NCBI GenBank assembly: GCA_913049555.1 | Contig: CAJWYM010000001.1 | Coordinates: 52,882 to 116,881, forward strand | Source of the DNA: an uncultured Opitutia bacterium | GTDB lineage: Bacteria > Verrucomicrobiota > Verrucomicrobiia > Opitutales > CAJWYM01 | Direction of reading: 5' to 3' | DNA: 64,000 nt | Notes under the pieces: generated by a model | Databases searched by the model: none | Told to the model about the DNA's origin: nothing | What the model saw: the letters and a program-made list of their open reading frames with translations, nothing else | Part shown: piece by piece, positions 31,777 to 39,937 of the stretch | Numbering within the stretch: the first letter of the stretch is position 1 | Layout of the letters: every line of letters begins with the position of its first letter | Program-made: the position numbers and the translations under genes

Positions 31777-33258
31777 ATGAACAAAAAAAGAAATCGAATC
31801 AATACCCTAAAGGGACTTTTGTTTCTTTCACCCAACATCATTGGATTTTCAATTTTCACTCTGTTTCCTTTGGGATTCAGTCTAATCATGGCATTCAGTA
31901 ACTGGAATTTGTCACAACACAATATGTTTACGGATGAGCCTCTTAAATGGGTTTTGTTACAAAATTTTAAAGATCTTTTAGGATCTGAGGACTTTTGGAG
32001 ATATTTAGGAAATACGCTCTTTTTTATGATCGGGATTCCAATTAGTATGGCAGGAAGCTTGGGCGCGGCTCTTCTTTTGAATCAAGATTTAAAGTCGCCC
32101 TCAAAGAGAGCGAGGTCTAAAGGGATTCTCTATGTGCTTCCCCTGATTGCCTTTTCTAGTTTGTTATTCTTGGGTTTCGGAATGTCAATAATGGTTCTTA
32201 TTGTCACGGGCATTTTTGGAGTTATTTATATAGGAGGAGTTTCTGGAGGTTCCACAGTCTATCGGACGATCTTTTACACCCCTAATTTTACAGCGGGTGT
32301 TGCCACTTTTATTCTTTGGAAAAAAATATACAACCCCCAAACTGGGCCCTTAACTACAATCACCCAACCCATCCTCGAAGGTGTGAATGCAGTGGTTTTA
32401 TTCCTTGGGAAAGACACAATCTATATTTTCATGTATGTAGTTGTGGTCCTGGCAATTGGAAGCCTTTATTGGGGATTGAATACTTTTTTAAAGTGGAGAT
32501 CGGAAAAAGATCTTGGATACATTGGCTTAATTATTGGAGTTTCTGCCCTGATTTTGCCAAGTTTTTTTGTTTTGCATTGGTTTTCTCATCCAATTGCTTC
32601 CCAAATCATGCAGATCAGTGTCATTGCTACAATTGTCTATTTTGTTTCTCAATTTATAGCAAAATCTTCTGATTGTATTTGCCATCCCGAAAAAGGAATG
32701 GGCAATGCGATTATGTTGGGTTTAGGAATCATGGCACTTCAATTTTTATTAATTGGATTGAGCAACGTGCTTTATAAATTACCGGAGATGTCACTCGTTG
32801 GGATTTCATCTCCAAGTTGGCTTACAGATTATCATTGGGCGAAGCCCTCTTTGATGTTTATGGGCTTTTGGGCTGCAATTGGGTCCAATTCTATGTTGCT
32901 ATATTTGGCTGCCTTATCGAATGTTTCTCCGGAACTTTCCGAGGCTGCAGATATTGATGGAGCCACTAAATTTCAGAAGTTTTGGAATGTAACTTGGCCT
33001 CAATTAGCACCTGTGACTTTTTTCATATTTATCATGGCTGTTATCAACGGAATGCAAGGAGGCTTTGAAGTAGCCAAGACTATGACAGGAGGTGGGCCCG
33101 CAGGCTCTACAACTACCTTGGAATATTTTATTTATGAGGAGGGCTTTGCTTCCGGAAGATTGGCCTTTGCATCTGCGATTTCTTGGATTCTTTTTGCAAT
33201 GATTTTCGCCCTAACCTTGTTCAACTGGAGATTTGGCAATCGCTACGTGAACGATTGA
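31777..33258 (+). CDS. Carbohydrate ABC permease (MalF/UgpA-like, with insertions)
   Basis: ATG at 31777 after GAGG; FLSPNIIGF, LQNF, LGNT, EAA loop ELSEAADIDGA. Confidence 0.9.
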   Translation: MNKKRNRINTLKGLLFLSPNIIGFSIFTLFPLGFSLIMAFSNWNLSQHNMFTDEPLKWVLLQNFKDLLGSEDFWRYLGNTLFFMIGIPISMAGSLGAALLLNQDLKSPSKRARSKGILYVLPLIAFSSLLFLGFGMSIMVLIVTGIFGVIYIGGVSGGSTVYRTIFYTPNFTAGVATFILWKKIYNPQTGPLTTITQPILEGVNAVVLFLGKDTIYIFMYVVVVLAIGSLYWGLNTFLKWRSEKDLGYIGLIIGVSALILPSFFVLHWFSHPIASQIMQISVIATIVYFVSQFIAKSSDCICHPEKGMGNAIMLGLGIMALQFLLIGLSNVLYKLPEMSLVGISSPSWLTDYHWAKPSLMFMGFWAAIGSNSMLLYLAALSNVSPELSEAADIDGATKFQKFWNVTWPQLAPVTFFIFIMAVINGMQGGFEVAKTMTGGGPAGSTTTLEYFIYEEGFASGRLAFASAISWILFAMIFALTLFNWRFGNRYVND

Positions 33259-33282
33259 TCTAAAAGGAGAAATTATTAGTGT

Positions 33283-34125
33283 ATGAATGCTGAAAATGTT
33301 GAGAAAAAAGTGGGATCTGGTTTTTATTTAAATCATACTTTACTGACCACAATTAGCTTATTGATGGCTTTGCCATTTTTATGGATGTTATTGACTAGCC
33401 TGAAGCCTTTATCAGAGGTTGGAGGTTCCCATTGGTGGCCAAAAGACTTTAAATTAGAAAATTATAAAGAGGTTTTCTCAATTGAAAATTTACGTTATGG
33501 ACGTTGGTACTTCAATAGTTTGTTTGTTTCTTTTTGCGTGACCTTTCTACAAGTTTTGACCAGTGCACTGGCTGCATTCGCTTTTAGTAGACTCGAATGG
33601 AAGTGGAGAGATGGACTCTTTTTGCTGTATTTGGGCACTATGATGGTTCCAGGATTGATTCTGATGATACCAAACTTTCAGATTATGATCAAACTAGGCC
33701 TGATGGATACTTATCTTGGTTTAATTATACCGGCTGCATTCAGTGCATTCGGCACCTTTTTACTCCGACAATTTATGATGGGAATTCCGAAATCATTGGA
33801 CGAAGCTGCGGAGATCGATGGGGCCTCTACTTGGCAGGTTTTTTGGCAGGTCATTTTACCTTTATCGAGGCCCGGTTTGATTACTTTAACAATTTTTACC
33901 TTTATGGGGAATTACAATAGCTTTTTCTGGCCAATCGTAATGTTGAAAAGTGCGGACAAGTACACCCTTCCAGTGGGATTGCTTTTTTTTGAGTCTTCTC
34001 AGGGTCAGCAAACCAATCTTCTAATGGCAGCGATTACAATGGCTGTTATTCCTATGGTAATTTTGTTTGTTTTGATGCAAAAGCATCTAGTAAAAGGGAT
34101 TCAACTTGGAGGAGTGAAAGGATAA
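33283..34125 (+). CDS. Carbohydrate ABC permease (MalG/UgpE-like)
   Basis: PFLWMLLTSLK, FLLRQFMMGIPKSLDEAAEIDGA, NSFFWP, GGVKG. Confidence 0.93.
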   Translation: MNAENVEKKVGSGFYLNHTLLTTISLLMALPFLWMLLTSLKPLSEVGGSHWWPKDFKLENYKEVFSIENLRYGRWYFNSLFVSFCVTFLQVLTSALAAFAFSRLEWKWRDGLFLLYLGTMMVPGLILMIPNFQIMIKLGLMDTYLGLIIPAAFSAFGTFLLRQFMMGIPKSLDEAAEIDGASTWQVFWQVILPLSRPGLITLTIFTFMGNYNSFFWPIVMLKSADKYTLPVGLLFFESSQGQQTNLLMAAITMAVIPMVILFVLMQKHLVKGIQLGGVKG

Positions 34126-34290
34126 TTTAAGAGGAGCCTTTTTTTTTGGAAAATTAAAATAAATCTCTAAATGATCTCACTGGTTGCAACTTCATCTGAG
34201 GCTTGGATTTTTGAAGAAATGATTATAAAAGCACAGATTAATAGATTCGACAAAAAAATGGTTTATGATGTCCTAATTGCAATCGAAAAC

Positions 34291-34336
34291 TTGAAAAAAC
34301 AAAAACTCATGATATTGTAAGAAAAATGTAAGTTAT
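34291..34336 (+). promoter_or_regulatory. Promoter with a second copy of the TGTAAG-N5-TGTAAG direct repeat
   Basis: TTGAAA at 34291; extended -10 TGaTATTGT at 34310-34318; TGTAAG at 34316 and 34327, followed by TTAT. Confidence 0.6.
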
Positions 34337-34353
34337 CCATCCAATTTTTAATT

Positions 34354-35835
34354 ATGCACTCCTTCTATTTTTTACTCTTTTTTACCTTATTATTTACTGC
34401 CGCTTTTTCGAAGGATAAGAATTTTTACTCTGAAAAAAAGAAGATGATTTCCTTCGATAAGAATGAATTGCTAAAAATGGAACTTCCCATTTTAGTTGAA
34501 AAGTACAAATCATGGGGTCCTCTCGTTCAGCAACAGGCCAAGAGTTTTCTTGAGAAGAAATACCATGAGCAAATTAGGATCCATCCTTCTCTGGCTAGAC
34601 AGATTGAAAAGAAGCACAAGGAGCTTGTAGCTATACAATCCAAAAATGAAGAGATCTTTAGTTTTATGCTTGGAGTCCAACAGCCTCATGCTACCAATCA
34701 GAAATGGGAAATTCATAAGGGAGTGCCCTCTCAATTAGCAGCTCATCAAATTTTAATGGAAATGGGATCTGATATTATAAAATTGGCTCCAGAAAACAGA
34801 CACTTGAAAAAGCAGGGCTTTGAAACTGCCAATTTAAATACCCTCACAGATCGTTTGAAACACCCATTGTATAAGCAAATATTGGATATGCCTTACCGGG
34901 TGGCTTTCTTTTGGGCGCATGGTTCTGACATCACTTTTGATAAAAAAATGAGTTTCGATCAAAAAAGAAAGCTTTATGATGAATTCTATGAACTCACCCA
35001 ATATCTTCTAAAAACATACAACAGATCCGGAAAAGTATTTATGGTTGGCAATTGGGAGGGAGATTGGTTGCTGACGAGTCAGGAAGGAGATTTGAACCAA
35101 GACGCAGATTTAGTGCGCATAGAAAACATGATTGACTGGTTCAATATACGCTCGAAAGCAATCGAACAGGCCAAAATAGAAACCCATTATGAGGATGTTC
35201 GCGTTCATTTGTACTGTGAGTTGAATCATGTATCCCTTGTAGCCAATAAAGGATATAAAAGAATTGTGAATAGCGTCCTCCCATACACTTATGTGGATTA
35301 CGTATCGATCTCTAGTTATGACATGCAGGGTATTGGAAATTGGAAATCAGATCCTACAGAATCCGCTTTGAGGGAATTTGCTTTGCCTATGTTTGACTTT
35401 GTAGAGGAACATTTGCCCCCTAGAGACATCCCAGGAAAAAGAGTATTTACAGGAGAGGTCGGCTTCACAATCCATCACATCAATCACCTATTCGATCTTC
35501 ATGGTTTGAAGGCTGAGCGAGAACAGGCGAGGCTTTCATTGATCAATGCGAAAGTAAATCTGGAGTGGGGAATGCCATTTTGGATTGTTTGGGCGCTGCA
35601 TAATAACGAATTGCAAAAAAACGGAGAATTTCGAGGTTGGGGAATTTATGATCAAGTTCATGATCGGAAAAGAGTTTTATTTCAAGAAATGGTTTCTTTT
35701 TATAAATGGGCAAAAGATTTTAAAGCCGGATTTGAAAAGAAAAACAAAAAGTCACTCACCCCAAATCTTTTTAGAGAACACGCAGTCCAACAACTGGATT
35801 TGCAAATCAGTAAATATCAAATTGAAAACAAATAG
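34354..35835 (+). CDS. Secreted protein with a putative glycoside-hydrolase-like TIM barrel (unclassified, GNWEGDW motif)
   Basis: Signal peptide; motifs FMVGNWEGDW, VDYVSISSYD, VFTGEVGF and WALHNNE in clan GH-A-like order; paralogous to the C-terminal half of 36579-39413. Confidence 0.6.
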   Translation: MHSFYFLLFFTLLFTAAFSKDKNFYSEKKKMISFDKNELLKMELPILVEKYKSWGPLVQQQAKSFLEKKYHEQIRIHPSLARQIEKKHKELVAIQSKNEEIFSFMLGVQQPHATNQKWEIHKGVPSQLAAHQILMEMGSDIIKLAPENRHLKKQGFETANLNTLTDRLKHPLYKQILDMPYRVAFFWAHGSDITFDKKMSFDQKRKLYDEFYELTQYLLKTYNRSGKVFMVGNWEGDWLLTSQEGDLNQDADLVRIENMIDWFNIRSKAIEQAKIETHYEDVRVHLYCELNHVSLVANKGYKRIVNSVLPYTYVDYVSISSYDMQGIGNWKSDPTESALREFALPMFDFVEEHLPPRDIPGKRVFTGEVGFTIHHINHLFDLHGLKAEREQARLSLINAKVNLEWGMPFWIVWALHNNELQKNGEFRGWGIYDQVHDRKRVLFQEMVSFYKWAKDFKAGFEKKNKKSLTPNLFREHAVQQLDLQISKYQIENK

Positions 35836-35846
35836 AGTCGATTCCA

Positions 35847-36575
35847 ATGAAAACCTTTTTATACTGCATCGCTTGCTTCATTTTCTCTTTTTATTCCAGT
35901 CTAAACGCTGAATCCCAAAATCCTGATCGCTATGTGTTCGGATCAAAAGTATTTTCGTACATTGTCTCTTCTGAACAACAAATTGAAGATCCATTTAAAG
36001 TAAGGATCGACTATAATATCCCTCCCAACCAGAAAGTTCAAAAGATTACGGTAGTGATCAAAAAAGCGGGTTCCATTTTGGGCAAAGTTTCATTTTCTGC
36101 TCAAGGATTTGGATCCAAGGATATCACGTTTGATAAGATCCAGGGAATGGATGATTTCAATTTGGGGGGTTATGTTGGAAAAGATTTTCAAAGCAGAAGT
36201 TATTATTTCAATCCATTCCCTTTTAACTTTGCACTGTTGAAAAGAAAACCTAAAGAGAATCCGAAAAATGAATTTGGTGGATTTTACAGTATCAAGCTTT
36301 CTCAACCACTTTCTTTTGAGAAAATGGATTTAATTGAGGTTCAAAATGAAAAATTAGAGAATGCGATTCCCTTGAGAATTTTTGTAAAAAATAGTTTAGG
36401 TTCTATGTTTGCCTCTTCAATAGCGACAATAAAAGAGGAGGGAAGATTGTTTTTTTATATGAAAATGCCTAAAAAATCTTCTCAATCTTACCATCTTGTC
36501 TCTTATTTAGGCACAGATTTCTCTACCAAAATGGATGGGGTGGCACCGATTGATTTGGAGTTGGTTGATATGTAA
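35847..36575 (+). CDS. Secreted beta-rich hypothetical protein with an internal duplication
   Basis: Signal peptide; two similar halves ending FNLGGYVGKDFQSR and YHLVSYLGTDFSTK. Confidence 0.6.
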   Translation: MKTFLYCIACFIFSFYSSLNAESQNPDRYVFGSKVFSYIVSSEQQIEDPFKVRIDYNIPPNQKVQKITVVIKKAGSILGKVSFSAQGFGSKDITFDKIQGMDDFNLGGYVGKDFQSRSYYFNPFPFNFALLKRKPKENPKNEFGGFYSIKLSQPLSFEKMDLIEVQNEKLENAIPLRIFVKNSLGSMFASSIATIKEEGRLFFYMKMPKKSSQSYHLVSYLGTDFSTKMDGVAPIDLELVDM

Positions 36576-36578
36576 AAC

Positions 36579-39413
36579 ATGAGTAAGCGATTAATCAAAT
36601 CTTTGAATTTCTTTTTTTTAGGATTTTTCTTGGCTTGTTCCGACTCGACAGAAGTTACCTCCCCTGAAAAAGAAACCACTTTAGAAGTTCAAAAAACTAC
36701 AGAGATATTACCGGTTTCAGAGGAAACTCCTGAATTAGAAGAAAACTTCTTTCTGGAGGCAAATGGAGCTTTCGAGCAAATACTCTCTGGTATTGGGATC
36801 TCTTCAGTAGAGTCTTTCAAATTTGCTTTTGCAAAGTTAGAGCTAACGCATCAAAAGCTTTTGATTGAGAAAGTATTCAATGCACAGGAGCGATATTCTA
36901 TTTTGGGGGATCCTGTAGAATCCGTTCTTAAAGAGCTCATTTTATGGGCAATTCATTCCATAGATACCTTCGATGTTTATGAGCACTTAGAATTTATATT
37001 GAGGCTTGAAAAATGCATGGAACTCCTCCCTCAAAACGAATCAGTGGGTGACTATTTTTTAGGTTGGTTGCCAGTATTGCATCAGGAAGATCAAAAAAAC
37101 ATATTGAATAGTTTTTTAGAAAAATATGCACAATCGATTCGATTGAAAAGCCCCAATGAGAAGATTTATTCCAAGCTTTTCGATAAAATTCCGCAATCCA
37201 TTGGATGGGAATTGGATCCACAAAGCCAAAAAGATAAAATTCAGGAGCTGTTTTTCATTATCAACCAAATGACCAATAAAAGAATCACTCAATTGGACTT
37301 AGATAATTTTGGTTTACGAGATAAGATATTAATCGGTCACGAAATTTATAAAAGGCATCAAATCTCAGTCAATCAGAATTTTAGCGACTCCTATTTTCTT
37401 CACCAAACCTACAAATATTTAAAACAAACGGATCCATTATTAAATAAAATATTGGATGATTATTCTTTCTCAAAATGGAACCATGATTGGCTAGAAAATT
37501 CTATCAGTGTCTTTTTAGAGACTCAAAAATTTGGGTATGATGAAAAATGCCTCTTTTTTTATGAAATAAGGATGCTGAGTCAGGATCCTTTTTTAGAGAA
37601 TTTTTTAATCAGAAAAATAGAAGAGAATTTACCACAACAAAATTCAAAGCTTTATGATTGGCTTCTAATTTACAATCATTTTTTAGACAAAAAAATAGTT
37701 GAGAAGTCATTAGAATCTATCCTCATAAAGCCCGCGCAATTATTTTCTAATGGGTTGAAAACCATGCAAATGAATACTTTGAGCCAAGACGCTCTCTCAC
37801 TCTTGACTAAACTGTATCATTTATCGCCTGATAAATATCGTGATTATTTAAATAAAAAGATAATCGAAAAATACAACGAGATTAAGAGGCATTCTACCCA
37901 CAGTGCGAATGATTTAAAGATTCTCTACCACTCCTTAAATTCTGTGGAGGAAACTACAATTCAAAAGTCCCCATCCATTCAATCCAAATCGAATTCATCC
38001 AAAGCATTGGATTCCTTGTATCAATACCTAGAAAATAAGAATAAAAATTCCCTAGGTGCAAAATTATTGGATAAATTCAAAGATGCCTCCGATTCTGATA
38101 AACGGGAAATCAAAAAAACGCTCAAAGATGCTTATTACAAAAAAGTAATAGACGATCCATTGGAGGCTAGAATCCTCAGAGATTTATATATGAAAATGGT
38201 AGAAATATACTCAGAGAATCCACCCATCTTGAGCTCTATTATTGGAATCCAACAACCCCATGCAGATCTCAGACAAGATCGAAAATATTTTGATTCTGTT
38301 CCCTCTCAACTAAAAGCAGTTCAAGATCAATTGAATCTTCAAGCCGATACAATGAAATTGGCTATGCATAAAAAACATTTGATGCGTCAAAATCTCAACA
38401 TTGAGGGATACGATTCATTGAAAGACCTTGCAAGGCACCCGCTTTACAAAGAGATCCTTGATCAAGACTACCGAGTTTTGTTTTTTTGGGCGCATGGTCT
38501 GAATGGAAAGATAAAATTTCGGAACGAGTTTAAAGATTCCCAAAAAGAAGAGCTCTACAATGAATTTTATGAATTCACTAAGCATTTGTTAGTTGAATAC
38601 AACCAATCTGGTAAAACCTTTATGATCGGGAACTGGGAGGGAGATTGGATGCTCGCTGAGATCGGGAATTTAAAAACAGATGCAAGCCCGGAGGCAATTC
38701 AAAACATGATCGATTGGTTCAATATAAGAGCCAAAGCCATTGCTGACGCTAAAGAAGAAATCAAACATTCCAATGTAAGGATTCATTTATATGCAGAACT
38801 GAATCATGTCAGCCTTGTTATGAGAGAAGGCTTGAGCCGAATCGTCAATTCAGTCCTCCCTCATATATTAGTCGATTATGTTTCGATCTCCAGCTATGAT
38901 ATGCAAGGCTTACTAAAAATGGCTCGCTGCGAAAATGTATCAGAAGTGAAGGCGCTTATTTTCCCTCAGCTAGATTATGTCGAATCCATGTTGCCCCCTG
39001 CAGATATTCAAGGAAAACGGGTGTTCATCGGTGAGATCGGGTATCCCATACATTCTATTATGAAACGCTTTAAGATAGACCGTCCCAAAGCAGAGATAAA
39101 ACAGGCTCAAATGGCATTTATGAATGCACAAGCCAATATAGAGTGGGGAGTGCTTTTTTGGCAATGGTGGGCTTTGTATGACAACGAGCAGATAGATGAG
39201 GAAGAACCGGACGCTTATGTTGGCTTTGGTTTGATCGATCAAGTCAGCGGTAAAGCTCGGTTGAATTATCACTACTTCAGTGAATACTATAAATGGTCTG
39301 AATCGTATCTTTCTGACAATAAGAATGTACAATCTGTAAAAGATTTCCAAAAAAAATCTGTCAAAGAGATTGAAAAATGGGTCAAGAAGTTGAAAAAAGA
39401 ATTCGATAATTAG
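36579..39413 (+). CDS. Large lipoprotein with a helical N-terminal region and a C-terminal GH-like TIM barrel
   Basis: Lipobox FLAC; from about 38232 it aligns with the 34354 protein (GIQQPHA, FFWAHG, GNWEGDW, ELNHVSLV, DYVSISSYDMQG, GEIGY). Confidence 0.65.
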   Translation: MSKRLIKSLNFFFLGFFLACSDSTEVTSPEKETTLEVQKTTEILPVSEETPELEENFFLEANGAFEQILSGIGISSVESFKFAFAKLELTHQKLLIEKVFNAQERYSILGDPVESVLKELILWAIHSIDTFDVYEHLEFILRLEKCMELLPQNESVGDYFLGWLPVLHQEDQKNILNSFLEKYAQSIRLKSPNEKIYSKLFDKIPQSIGWELDPQSQKDKIQELFFIINQMTNKRITQLDLDNFGLRDKILIGHEIYKRHQISVNQNFSDSYFLHQTYKYLKQTDPLLNKILDDYSFSKWNHDWLENSISVFLETQKFGYDEKCLFFYEIRMLSQDPFLENFLIRKIEENLPQQNSKLYDWLLIYNHFLDKKIVEKSLESILIKPAQLFSNGLKTMQMNTLSQDALSLLTKLYHLSPDKYRDYLNKKIIEKYNEIKRHSTHSANDLKILYHSLNSVEETTIQKSPSIQSKSNSSKALDSLYQYLENKNKNSLGAKLLDKFKDASDSDKREIKKTLKDAYYKKVIDDPLEARILRDLYMKMVEIYSENPPILSSIIGIQQPHADLRQDRKYFDSVPSQLKAVQDQLNLQADTMKLAMHKKHLMRQNLNIEGYDSLKDLARHPLYKEILDQDYRVLFFWAHGLNGKIKFRNEFKDSQKEELYNEFYEFTKHLLVEYNQSGKTFMIGNWEGDWMLAEIGNLKTDASPEAIQNMIDWFNIRAKAIADAKEEIKHSNVRIHLYAELNHVSLVMREGLSRIVNSVLPHILVDYVSISSYDMQGLLKMARCENVSEVKALIFPQLDYVESMLPPADIQGKRVFIGEIGYPIHSIMKRFKIDRPKAEIKQAQMAFMNAQANIEWGVLFWQWWALYDNEQIDEEEPDAYVGFGLIDQVSGKARLNYHYFSEYYKWSESYLSDNKNVQSVKDFQKKSVKEIEKWVKKLKKEFDN

Positions 39414-39937
39414 AGGATTTTACAATTTTTGATAAAAAAAATTTAAATTTAGGGATATTAAATAAAGACGATTGGATCCTTTGTTCATGCAGGATGGATC
39501 AAAACTTTTTTATAAAAACAAAATTGGGCTCTAAAATAACAGTGCTCTGAGCTCCAATCAAAAAGGAAGCAGGAGGAATGGGTGTTATGAATTTCTCGCT
39601 GAATGTTCCTAAGGGTTAAAATTCAGATTTGTAATTCTTTGAATTGCGGTACTCCTTGGAGGGTGCAATTCATTGAATTTTCAATCAATCTCAGAAGAAA
39701 TGAGTGCCAATAAAAAAATCATTTGATTTTTGTTAACTTTACAAGTCTTCAGAACGTAGCTCTATGTGTTCAGCTTAGAATTTCAAAATATATGTAATTT
39801 TAAGCTTACTCGATTCCAAATTTAAACTCAAACACCGATCCCTAAAACAGAGTCCAACAGCATATGCATTTTGATTTAAAGCTTAAAACCGATCTGTTTA
39901 ATCTACTTCCAATCTTCAACGTTTCTCAACGGATAAA

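Noticed and set aside
39414-39937. 524-nt gap possibly hiding the missing G8 N-terminus or an sRNA
   Set aside because: I found no G8-like reading frame, and the downstream ORF has its own signal peptide; no convincing RNA structure seen
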